Virus record (IMG/VR): IMGVR_UViG_3300033233_000104
Coordinates: 1-35,408 of that record
DNA: 35,408 nt
Reading direction: 5' to 3' (one strand)
DNA from: a virus
Lineage: Duplodnaviria; Caudoviricetes
The notes under the pieces are model-generated. The model ran no database searches. It saw only the letters and a program-made list of their open reading frames with translations, and was not told the DNA's origin. A program made the translations under genes and the position numbers. Shown piece by piece: positions 8,897-16,065 of this stretch (position 1 is its first letter; each line of letters starts with the position of its first letter).

Positions 8897-9427
8897 TTAG
8901 TTATCCTCAACTATTATCCCTAACGCTTTCAAGAAATCATTCAATTGGCTTTTCTTAATCTTTGTTGTCCCACCTTTACCATAAAACTTTGCACTGTCTA
9001 ATTCTGCCCCACGAAGGTCTGCCTCATAAAGGTCTGCCCCACGAAGGTCTGCCCAATGAAGGTTTGCCCCACGAAGGTCTGCCTCATAAAGGTCTGCCCC
9101 ACGAATGTCTGCCCAATGAAGGTTTGCCCCACGAAGGTCTGCCCCACGAAGGTCTGCCCAATGAAGGTTTGCCCCACGAAGGTCTGCCTCATAAAGGTCT
9201 GCCCCACGAAGGTCTGCCCCATAAAGGTTTGCCTCATAAAGGTCTGCCCCACTATTCACTCTTTCCACTACTGCTTCCTTAATTGTTTCCTTGTCGCTCT
9301 CAAATAAGACCGAACCATTTGTTTTGTAAATAGTCACTCCCTTTTTCTTCTCAACTACTGGTTCCGCTTTTGCAAGAACCTCTTGAACCTTTTTGTAATC
9401 CTCATCGGATAGGACGATTGTACGCAT
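8897..9427 (-). CDS. Pentapeptide-repeat protein
   Basis: About 17-18 A(D/N)Lxx units (ADLRG, ADLYE, ANLHW). Confidence 0.9.
   Translation of the reverse strand: MRTIVLSDEDYKKVQEVLAKAEPVVEKKKGVTIYKTNGSVLFESDKETIKEAVVERVNSGADLYEANLYGADLRGADLYEADLRGANLHWADLRGADLRGANLHWADIRGADLYEADLRGANLHWADLRGADLYEADLRGAELDSAKFYGKGGTTKIKKSQLNDFLKALGIIVEDN
9005..9250. repeat. 15-bp coding tandem repeat
   Basis: Units such as GGTCTGCCCCACGAA, GGTCTGCCTCATAAA, GGTCTGCCCAATGAA. Confidence 0.9.
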
Positions 9428-9429
9428 AG

Positions 9430-9951
9430 TTATATTTGTTTATAATTTATAATAGTTGTGTGTTTCTTTGAATTACAACTTCTACAAAGAGGTTGTATAT
9501 TTTCTATATTATCTGAACCTCCTTTAATAATTGGAATTATATGGTCTTCTGTCAATATAATTATTGGTTCTTGTTTTCTACAAGAAAGACAAGTCCAATT
9601 GTATTGAGCTTTTAATCTTTCCCATTCTCCGAAAGTGTGAAATCCCCCATTTCCTACCATTTTAATTCTTCTTTCTCTTCTATAATGTTGTCTATCTTTA
9701 CTAACTCCACCTTTCCAATTACCATTTTTTTTACCAAGTTGAGAAATCTTCATTTTAATTATTTCTTCTTTTGTGTGTTTTCTTCCTAAACTATATTTAT
9801 TTCCTTTGTGTTTTTTACTCATCATATTTTTCCATTTATATGTATGCTTTTTTCCGCTCATTCCTATTGTATTTCTTGGTATTTCATTACATCTAAAACA
9901 CTCACATCCTTTTTTATGAGGATATGGTTTTTCTCCTTTCTTAAATCTCAT
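9430..9951 (-). CDS. HNH homing endonuclease with NUMOD3 motifs
   Basis: GKKHT/GRKHT NUMOD3 motifs, NWKGG, CLSC, DHIIP...[15 protein letters not shown]. Confidence 0.9.
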   Translation of the reverse strand: MRFKKGEKPYPHKKGCECFRCNEIPRNTIGMSGKKHTYKWKNMMSKKHKGNKYSLGRKHTKEEIIKMKISQLGKKNGNWKGGVSKDRQHYRRERRIKMVGNGGFHTFGEWERLKAQYNWTCLSCRKQEPIIILTEDHIIPIIKGGSDNIENIQPLCRSCNSKKHTTIINYKQI

Positions 9952-9974
9952 ACTGAATTAAATAAATTGATAAT

Positions 9975-10085
9975 GTTCACAAGTCTGCGGAAGCGAGATT
10001 GAGCAAGGAATATTGGGTATCTTGCGATACTGTCAATGCTCAATAATCCAACCTTTCGGTTGAACCCTCCCGCATACCTCTGAAC
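9975..10085 (-). ncRNA. Structured RNA, three-way junction with two GNRA tetraloops
   Basis: 19-nt closing helix (2 G-U, 2 mismatches); CAACC-GAAA-GGUUG and GUAUC-GCAA-GAUAC hairpins; AUUGAGCA/UGCUCAAU stem. Confidence 0.7.
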
Positions 10086-10097
10086 AGAGAACTAATT

Positions 10098-10265
10098 GTG
10101 GGAAATAGAGATTTGACAAGTAGCTTCCGTCTTGCTATGACATTTTTGTGAGTGTCCTCTCATCGGTGTGTTTCGTCTTACTTGTATAGTCACTCTATAT
10201 AGTAGTAATCGTTACTCTACTACCAAAGCAATCTTGTTAGCGTTTACCTATTCCGCCATTCCCAC
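10098..10265 (-). ncRNA. tRNA-like RNA lacking a canonical anticodon arm, with a large T-loop insertion
   Basis: Acceptor GUGGGAA/UUCCCAC; D-arm UGGCGGAAUAGGUAAACGC; T-stem AUAGAG/CUCUAU ending ...UCAAAU; no CCA. Confidence 0.7.
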
Positions 10266-10298
10266 AATCAATTTTCAAAGAACTCAACAAATGGTTAC

Positions 10299-10496
10299 TT
10301 AAAAATCTTTATCAACACAATTACTACAAGCCGAACAATTACAATTACATTCATCCACCTCTCTCATAACCTTCTCAAACTCGGAGGAGATGAAGGATTT
10401 GACTAAATCTTGTCTGAATGCCTTTATACCTCCATATTGGTCATGTCCGAATTGCTCATCAAACAACTCCATTGTTTTCTTCAATAGGGTGTTCAT
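10299..10496 (-). CDS. Hypothetical protein, Cys-rich C-terminus
   Basis: 65-aa ORF ending CNCNCSACSNC. Confidence 0.55.
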   Translation of the reverse strand: MNTLLKKTMELFDEQFGHDQYGGIKAFRQDLVKSFISSEFEKVMREVDECNCNCSACSNCVDKDF

Positions 10497-10696
10497 AGGT
10501 TATATTTTTCTTGTAATTTTTCTACAAACTCACAACCTTTATAATAGTTATATACGCCATAAAACATAGCTAATACACCAATTATTACTCCAAATAACAA
10601 ACCAGCTTTATAAATTGCCAATAAATAAATAGTCCACCATAATATATGATTTAGTAAAAAATCAATTATCTTCTTCAATAGGGGTGAGTTATTCAT
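10493..10696 (-). CDS. Small membrane protein
   Basis: Two hydrophobic segments. Confidence 0.6.
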   Translation of the reverse strand: MNNSPLLKKIIDFLLNHILWWTIYLLAIYKAGLLFGVIIGVLAMFYGVYNYYKGCEFVEKLQEKYNL

Positions 10697-10701
10697 GGAA
10701 T

Positions 10702-10869
10702 TTAATAATTTTCTTTCTGAAACTCATAACGATTGTCCAACGCATCAACTATGGCACGACCAATTTTAAGGGCTATTTCATTATCCCGTAAGGTTTTCTG
10801 TACTCCAAGGTCATATCCTTTTCGCCAAGCTATGTCATATTTTGTTGGTTTGTATTCTTTCTTTTTCAT
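10702..10869 (-). CDS. Hypothetical protein (55 aa, not in ORF track)
   Basis: Manual translation MKKKEYKPTKYDIAWRKGYDLG...; ATGA overlap with upstream gene. Confidence 0.55.
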   Translation of the reverse strand: MKKKEYKPTKYDIAWRKGYDLGVQKTLRDNEIALKIGRAIVDALDNRYEFQKENY

Positions 10870-11057
10870 ATCTTATGTTTTGAAATGGTAAATAAAATCT
10901 TATAATGATTGGCTAAGATATTACGTATAAGTTTTATGCGGGTAATCTTTGCAATATGGGGCAGGGCGTTTATTTGGTCACGTTCCCTGTTAAGGGCCTC
11001 TATTATTACTTTTGGTAGGAGAACAGTTATTGTTTCATGGTCTTTAAGTTGTTGCAT
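10866..11057 (-). CDS. Ribbon-helix-helix-like regulator, leaderless (start ATG 11057)
   Basis: TITVLLPKVIIEALN...TRIKLIRNIL pattern; ATG 7 nt after a consensus -10. Confidence 0.6.
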   Translation of the reverse strand: MQQLKDHETITVLLPKVIIEALNRERDQINALPHIAKITRIKLIRNILANHYKILFTISKHKI

Positions 11058-11064
11058 ATATTCT

Positions 11065-11093
11065 ATTATACAGTATTCGATATATAATGTCAA
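11065..11093 (-). promoter_or_regulatory. Consensus sigma70 promoter
   Basis: TTGACA-17-TATAAT. Confidence 0.85.
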
Positions 11094-11095
11094 TA

Positions 11096-11611
11096 CTAAA
11101 TCTTTAACTTACCTTTTAACTTTTTTCTCATAACGTCTATTTGTGATTTATGATTTATTGTTTCCGATTTATCATTTATGATTTCTGGTTTATGATTTAT
11201 AGGGGTATTATTTTCTTCAGATACCCTATGTATACCGTATAGATAGGGTATAGGTACTATACCATTAAAGTATTCTTTAACTTCTAATGGAATAGAAGCT
11301 AATTCTCTCGTATAGGCTAACTCATTCTTTTCTCCTGTATAGCCTCCATATAAGGAAGACTTTACTACATAAACCCAACCATTATGGCTTAATACCTTAT
11401 TGGTCTCTGAAAAGGTTTTAATGGCAGAGATTACCTCCACTTGGTCAATTCCAGCCTCAAAGGTTATAGTGTCCGTGCCAATCTCATAAATACCCGTATG
11501 ACCTATTCTATGATTGGTAAATAAGTAGACAAACAGAAACTTTTTAGGGAGGTCAAGTGAGCGAAACCAAGAGTCATCGTAAATTTTCGTGTGTAGTATT
11601 CGTGTTTTCAT
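11096..11611 (-). CDS. Phage replication initiator/replisome organiser-like protein
   Basis: N-terminal IYDDSWF..L....K.LF.YL.TN.....GIYEI winged-helix pattern; repeat-rich 3' part. Confidence 0.7.
   Translation of the reverse strand: MKTRILHTKIYDDSWFRSLDLPKKFLFVYLFTNHRIGHTGIYEIGTDTITFEAGIDQVEVISAIKTFSETNKVLSHNGWVYVVKSSLYGGYTGEKNELAYTRELASIPLEVKEYFNGIVPIPYLYGIHRVSEENNTPINHKPEIINDKSETINHKSQIDVMRKKLKGKLKI
11140..11275. repeat. Iteron-like repeats, candidate replication origin inside the initiator gene
   Basis: ATACCCTAT 11221, ATACCGTAT 11232, inverted ATAGGGTAT 11243, plus several TTTATGATTT-type repeats. Confidence 0.5.
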
Positions 11612-11801
11612 TTTTCATTATTAAATTTTTAACATCTGAAATTATACTCTCATATGCCGTTATTATCTGCTTTGCTTTCTCATCATCAAGATTGTGCATA
11701 GGATATTGTCTTGTTAACTGAGAGTAAGAGAAAGAAGCGTGGCTTATATCATTTAGTATTCCTTTTAGTTTAAGGACTTTTGTTTGAAGTTCAATATTCA
11801 T
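11574..11801 (-). CDS. Hypothetical protein
   Basis: 75-aa ORF downstream of the promoter at 11849-11877. Confidence 0.6.
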   Translation of the reverse strand: MNIELQTKVLKLKGILNDISHASFSYSQLTRQYPMHNLDDEKAKQIITAYESIISDVKNLIMKNENTNTTHENLR

Positions 11802-11848
11802 AATTTGTAATTCTAATCCGCCGTCCCCTTAAACGAGCGGTATTTATA

Positions 11849-11877
11849 ACTCTAACATAGTGGGGAAATCTTGTCAA
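11849..11877 (-). promoter_or_regulatory. Sigma70 promoter for the replication genes
   Basis: TTGACA-17-TAGAGT with TGn extension; GC-rich hairpin (about 11819-11840) in the leader. Confidence 0.65.
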
Positions 11878-12122
11878 GTCCTAAATAATTTATATAGTCC
11901 ATAGAACGGTAAACCTCCTAAGAATAAGAGAACAAACCATATAAGAAAAGGAATAATAGAATAGAAAGGAATTAAAATCTCACCAAATATAAAGAGAAGC
12001 ACAAAGCCCAATATATTTCCATAGTTTAGAGCTTGTACTAAATAGGTTATCCAGTTTATAAATCCTACCAATCCTCCAATAACCATAGCGATAGTTGCAA
12101 TCACACCTGAATATTCTTTCAT
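11874..12122 (-). CDS. Small multi-pass membrane protein
   Basis: 82 aa, almost entirely hydrophobic. Confidence 0.7.
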   Translation of the reverse strand: MKEYSGVIATIAMVIGGLVGFINWITYLVQALNYGNILGFVLLFIFGEILIPFYSIIPFLIWFVLLFLGGLPFYGLYKLFRT

Positions 12123-12481
12123 ATAGATTTTGGAATTGATAATTGATTACCTAACTTTCTATTCTTCCATGCTTTTAACATAACTTGAAGTCCGCTCTCT
12201 GTTTGTTCTTCTTTATGTTCCTCAATCGGAAGCCACTCATAGTCAAAAAGCTGATACTTTTTATCTTTCTTAATAAACTTATCATCATACTGGGCTATAT
12301 GTTCTATGCCATCAGTTGTATAGGGAGTCTTAGCGTTAATTCTCATTCGCCCCTCAAGACCTATCACGGTAACCTCAATGGCTTCTTTTTTCTTATCAGC
12401 TTTAAGTACAATACAGCTTCTTACGCTTACTTTATTGTTATAGAGCTTTTTAGCCTGAAAGTGTATCAAGGTTATTTTCAC
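12119..12481 (-). CDS. Hypothetical protein
   Basis: 120-aa ORF, GTG start, in operon. Confidence 0.6.
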   Translation of the reverse strand: MKITLIHFQAKKLYNNKVSVRSCIVLKADKKKEAIEVTVIGLEGRMRINAKTPYTTDGIEHIAQYDDKFIKKDKKYQLFDYEWLPIEEHKEEQTESGLQVMLKAWKNRKLGNQLSIPKSI

Positions 12482-12692
12482 TTATAATCTTTTCCATATG
12501 TTTAGCTTCTGAAAAACTGCCCTTTACTTTGCATACAACATTGTATGTACCGTCCTGATTATCTGATTGCTTCTTTTCTATAACCGAGCCTTCAACCGTG
12601 AGTGTTACATCATCGCCCAAATTCAATTCCCTGTCTACTGTAATATATCCTGCACTTATTGTTACAAGATTTTCGCTTAGTTTCATAACCAC
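12450..12692 (-). CDS. Hypothetical protein
   Basis: 80-aa ORF in operon; likely start MKLSEN. Confidence 0.6.
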   Translation of the reverse strand: MVMKLSENLVTISAGYITVDRELNLGDDVTLTVEGSVIEKKQSDNQDGTYNVVCKVKGSFSEAKHMEKIISENNLDTLSG

Positions 12693-13045
12693 TTAATAAA
12701 ATTACAGCCAGTTGCTTTCATATTCATACGATCCCACCCAGCAGTTGAACACTTCATAAAATGCTTAGTCTTATCTTTGCTCCATGACTCCTTAAGAGGA
12801 TTGCCACATTTAGGGCAAGCACTTTCACTTGCTTCCACTTCTTTAGTGAAGTTTCGTAACTTTTCTTCATCTGTGTTCATAGGAGGCATCATTTTAACCC
12901 CGCTAACCATGTCTTTAAACTCAAGCTGTGTATCTGCCCATTTCTTTGCCAGGATCGCAGGGGAGACACCTCTAAGCGTAAATTTCAATACATATCCGTT
13001 CTTATCTCTACCCTCAACAAGTAAACAATCCAGTTTATCGTCCAT
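12683..13045 (-). CDS. Hypothetical protein with C-terminal zinc ribbon (topoisomerase-C4-like)
   Basis: CPKCG...F.KCS......GCNFIKW. Confidence 0.65.
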   Translation of the reverse strand: MDDKLDCLLVEGRDKNGYVLKFTLRGVSPAILAKKWADTQLEFKDMVSGVKMMPPMNTDEEKLRNFTKEVEASESACPKCGNPLKESWSKDKTKHFMKCSTAGWDRMNMKATGCNFIKWL

Positions 13046-13047
13046 AG

Positions 13048-13194
13048 TTATTTATTAGCGAGCTTTTGCTCTAATTTATAAAGCTTTATAATACCGTGTA
13101 CATAGCTGTAATAGGTATCCAGTTCTTTAGTTATATCCTTAGTATTTTTACCCTCTAAGTAGAGTTTTATTATCTTTTCTTTCTTTGTATTCAT
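13048..13194 (-). CDS. Small helix-turn-helix protein, leaderless (48 aa, not in ORF track)
   Basis: MNTKKEKIIKLYLEGKNTKDITKELDTYYSYVHGII...; ATG 6 nt after -10. Confidence 0.65.
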   Translation of the reverse strand: MNTKKEKIIKLYLEGKNTKDITKELDTYYSYVHGIIKLYKLEQKLANK

Positions 13195-13200
13195 ATATAC

Positions 13201-13229
13201 ATTATACAATATTTATAAGGTTTTTACAA
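13201..13229 (-). promoter_or_regulatory. Sigma70 promoter
   Basis: TTGTAA-17-TATAAT. Confidence 0.7.
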
Positions 13230-13451
13230 CTCGTTATACAGTTCTGCTAAAGCTGTTAATGTGTTCAATATTAATCCCCGCATATTAACCGCAAGGGGGC
13301 TTGACATCTTGACAACTCTAAGGTCATGTGTTAGCCTTAAATCATTCTTTCCTTCTTTTCTTTTACCCTTTTCTTTTCTTGCTTTCTTCTTGAAATCTCT
13401 CTTTACTAATAGATATAGGTTATTATCTAACAGCATATATATAGGGTTCAT
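13224..13451 (-). CDS. Hypothetical basic protein (doubtful)
   Basis: ATGA-coupled to upstream gene, but low complexity and overlapping promoters. Confidence 0.35.
   Translation of the reverse strand: MNPIYMLLDNNLYLLVKRDFKKKARKEKGKRKEGKNDLRLTHDLRVVKMSSPLAVNMRGLILNTLTALAELYNEL
13309..13337 (+). promoter_or_regulatory. Antisense sigma70 promoter
   Basis: TTGACA-17-TAGCCT with TGn extension; second TTGACA at 13301. Confidence 0.55.
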
Positions 13452-14026
13452 AGACTCATATAAGTTTGATAATAATTACAGTTAATCTCAGGAACGCCCA
13501 AATTCCACATACATAAAGCCTTAGCTAAATCCTTATCAGGATTAAGTTTAGCAAACCAATATTCGGCACGTTCAGCAGCCTTTTGAAATGTATCATAGCA
13601 AACTACCTTTTTACCGTCTTTTACCCCAAAGCCTCCATAACCCTCTTTATTTATACGACAGCCATCCTTTTCACCTAATCCAGATTCAAGGAAGTATATT
13701 TTCCAGAGTATAGCTCCATGAGGTAAATTCATTACTATTTCTTTTTCTGTCAGAACAGGCTTTAATGCTATTATTGTTGGTAAAGGTTGTACAATCTGTG
13801 CGCTAACTGTGGCTACAATAGGCTTATTATTGGCTTTACATATAAAACACTGATATTTAATCTCTTTTATGGGTGATTGTATGTAATAATTGCGCCAAAA
13901 CCAAGCATAAACGTATAAGAATGTGATAATACCAACAGCTATCCAAGTACGCTTATTACGGATAGCGTGTACAATCTCCCAGAATATAACCCTCATAAGT
14001 GATCCGAAGTGCTTTAAGTTTTTCAT
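13448..14026 (-). CDS. Membrane-anchored protein with a possible lysozyme-like domain
   Basis: N-terminal TM helix; I..LESG, G.FG and AL..WN.G motifs reminiscent of lytic transglycosylases. Confidence 0.5.
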   Translation of the reverse strand: MKNLKHFGSLMRVIFWEIVHAIRNKRTWIAVGIITFLYVYAWFWRNYYIQSPIKEIKYQCFICKANNKPIVATVSAQIVQPLPTIIALKPVLTEKEIVMNLPHGAILWKIYFLESGLGEKDGCRINKEGYGGFGVKDGKKVVCYDTFQKAAERAEYWFAKLNPDKDLAKALCMWNLGVPEINCNYYQTYMSL

Positions 14027-14066
14027 ATTTCAATAAGTAAAATTAGTAATATCAATCCCAACAGTA

Positions 14067-14288
14067 TCATTCGTTAGCTCCTATAATGTTATCTAACTCC
14101 CTAGCCTCTTGACCTATTGCTGTGCGTTCCTCGTCTGCCTCTTGTTGTTCGTTATACTCTTCGTGTCTGTCATCCTCTTGATCTGCTAGAGCCTCATAAC
14201 AACTCTTGCAACATGGCTCCCCATTACTTAGCTCGTATATATCTGTATCATTGTCTTTTAGTTCTTTGTTACATTTAAAGCAATTCAT
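14067..14288 (-). CDS. Zinc-finger protein with acidic tail
   Basis: CFKC...CKSC then Glu/Asp-rich. Confidence 0.65.
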   Translation of the reverse strand: MNCFKCNKELKDNDTDIYELSNGEPCCKSCYEALADQEDDRHEEYNEQQEADEERTAIGQEARELDNIIGANE

Positions 14289-14518
14289 AGGATAATCCCT
14301 CCTCTTTTACCGTTCTTTTCAATGTTTATATAACCATAATTCGTTTGGGTATCAAACATAGCTTCTTCTTTACCTGTAACCAAGACGATGATAGATTGAG
14401 CGTGTTTAAGCCCTGTAATATAGCCCTCATTCCATTCACTTATCAGAACATTACTATCATTTTCCGCTAAGTCTAATGACTTTCTTAAAAGCTCTATTAT
14501 TCTATTTAAGTTTTTCAT
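14285..14518 (-). CDS. Hypothetical protein
   Basis: 77-aa ORF, ATGA-coupled. Confidence 0.6.
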   Translation of the reverse strand: MKNLNRIIELLRKSLDLAENDSNVLISEWNEGYITGLKHAQSIIVLVTGKEEAMFDTQTNYGYINIEKNGKRGGIIL

Positions 14519-14623
14519 ATTAGTTGCAAAATGTTTTTATAACTGTGTCTAAATCTCCATAATCATGTAATCTCTCGTTCCAAACAGGATCAATAAGGGT
14601 TAGTATATAGACTATAAAGTATT

Positions 14624-14821
14624 TCATACTTTTATAGAGTGGCAAAATTCTAAGTGCGTATTTTTATAGATTAGACCATAACTTGCATGGTTTTTTTTTG
14701 CTACCCATACCTCAAATTGATACGGGGCTTCTCCCATTGTGTACTCAAGTAAATGTTGACCATTCCCCATATATCTTATATAGTTGTATCCTTCATCCTT
14801 CATACTGTGTTTATTGCTCAT
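14624..14821 (-). CDS. Hypothetical protein
   Basis: 65-aa ORF, coupled to neighbours. Confidence 0.6.
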   Translation of the reverse strand: MSNKHSMKDEGYNYIRYMGNGQHLLEYTMGEAPYQFEVWVAKKNHASYGLIYKNTHLEFCHSIKV

Positions 14822-14967
14822 GTTTTATTGTTTAATTTATAATTCAACCTATCAACTCTGCGCCCTTCTTTGCAATCCTTCTCATACTCTTTTATATCCT
14901 CCAAAGCGATTTTGTCCTCTTCTGATAGTTCGTATGGAGCAATCAGGTCTAGGGTATGTTTATCCAT
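14818..14967 (-). CDS. Hypothetical protein (49 aa, not in ORF track)
   Basis: Manual translation MDKHTLDLIAPYELSEEDKIALEDIKEY...; ATGA overlap. Confidence 0.5.
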   Translation of the reverse strand: MDKHTLDLIAPYELSEEDKIALEDIKEYEKDCKEGRRVDRLNYKLNNKT

Positions 14968-14983
14968 AGATTAAAATTAAAAT

Positions 14984-15026
14984 GATAACTAGCAGGAGGG
15001 TAGCAGGTTCCCCCCTATTAGCTATC
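14984..15026 (-). other. RNA hairpin, 17-position stem
   Basis: GAUAGCUAAUAGGGGGG pairs with CCCUCCUGCUAGUUAUC (3 G-U, 1 mismatch), 9-nt loop. Confidence 0.7.
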
Positions 15027-15449
15027 AAGAAGCCACAACACAAAGACAAGGCAAGAGAAAATTAATAGATCAAAGAAGCGATTGTATAGTTATTAGCGGG
15101 GATTTTTTCCCTACTCACGTATATAGTTCCTCCTCTTGGATCTGTTTGATAATGAATATTCAATCCGTATCCAGAACAATATCCATCACCCTTGGCATAA
15201 AGCATTGATGTTTTTTGTTCATATTCCAATTCTTCAATAGTTCCGTTGCATGAGTCTTCATATATTTTATGAAGTGCGTTCCCAATTCTTCTAAGATAAT
15301 TGTATGCAAGTTCACTTATACCGAGTTTTAAGCATATCGATGTACGATAATGATTGTATGTATCCCTTTCTTTTTTAGAATAGGTCATATAATTATTGTT
15401 CAAGGATAATTTATACTCTTGTCTTTGTGTCCTTGTGTTATGGCTTCTT
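15027..15449 (-). repeat. 22-nt inverted repeat (15027-15048 / 15428-15449) enclosing gene 15062..15403
   Basis: 22/22 paired as minus-strand RNA; both DNA mismatches are G-U. Confidence 0.85.
15062..15403 (-). CDS. Early hypothetical protein
   Basis: 113-aa ORF with E..CNG and YQTDPRG motifs; likely start MTYSKK. Confidence 0.7.
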   Translation of the reverse strand: MNNNYMTYSKKERDTYNHYRTSICLKLGISELAYNYLRRIGNALHKIYEDSCNGTIEELEYEQKTSMLYAKGDGYCSGYGLNIHYQTDPRGGTIYVSREKIPANNYTIASLIY

Positions 15450-15451
15450 TT

Positions 15452-15800
15452 GTTACAGATAGCAACAAACCGAGAGCCTAAGCTCTCAGGCTTGTATTAC
15501 TCCAATATTTACGAATTTGAATATTACTTTTTTATTCTGAAAGTTTATAAACGGCTTATACATTGATTTTACAAAGCTCTCGGCTTTTTTCATGGTAAAA
15601 TCTGCGTTTTTATATACTCCTGATAATGTTGAGTAAAAATAACCGCTTTTTGTTATTGTTGTTGGATTTGCACCGCTTATAATTTGGTATCTATTCTCGC
15701 CTAGTTTATAAACTCCGTAATATTGTACTGATGTAATTGTTTCCATTCTTCTCAAGCTCTCAATGTAATGTAATTATTGAGGCTTGTTGCTACCTGTAAC
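15452..15800 (-). repeat. 19-nt inverted repeat (15452-15470 / 15782-15800) enclosing gene 15486..15755
   Basis: 19/19 paired as minus-strand RNA; both DNA mismatches are G-U. Confidence 0.85.
15486..15755 (-). CDS. Early hypothetical protein (first gene of the leftward transcript)
   Basis: 89-aa ORF; likely start METITSV. Confidence 0.6.
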   Translation of the reverse strand: MRRMETITSVQYYGVYKLGENRYQIISGANPTTITKSGYFYSTLSGVYKNADFTMKKAESFVKSMYKPFINFQNKKVIFKFVNIGVIQA

Positions 15801-15838
15801 CGCTAATTGTCAAAGAGCTTTATTAACTATCTATATAC

Positions 15839-15867
15839 AGAATACAGTATATATATAGATATGTCAA
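15839..15867 (-). promoter_or_regulatory. Leftward early promoter
   Basis: TTGACA-17-TATTCT in the divergence region. Confidence 0.75.
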
Positions 15868-16031
15868 TAGGTATTTAACTAAAAACAATACAATATACAG
15901 TATACACAAGGATGGAACATAGCCTGATTAAATAAAAACGCAACGTAGGGCAATCTATGAAGATATGCGGTAAATATGAAGCTAATCTCAAATCAAATTC
16001 GGTAATTAAGCAGCCCAAACTATAGTTATAG

Positions 16032-16060
16032 TTGAAAACTCTTATACAAAGGTGTACTAT
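16032..16060 (+). promoter_or_regulatory. Rightward promoter, leaderless for TerS
   Basis: TTGAAA-17-TACTAT, ATG 5 nt later. Confidence 0.7.
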
Positions 16061-16065
16061 AAAGT

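Noticed and set aside
9005-9250. Possible CRISPR array
   Set aside because: Contiguous 15-bp coding units with no unique spacers; no cas genes
8962-9307. ORFs 8962..9282, 8998..9252 and 9056..9307
   Set aside because: Shadow frames of the stop-free 15-bp pentapeptide repeat
10140-10180. Hammerhead-like words (GAAAC, CCGAUGAG) in the T-loop insert
   Set aside because: Core is CCGAUGA rather than CUGAUGA and spacing leaves no room for stems I and III
10098-10265. Canonical tRNA-Leu or tmRNA
   Set aside because: No anticodon stem-loop, no CCA, no G3-U70 and no tag ORF
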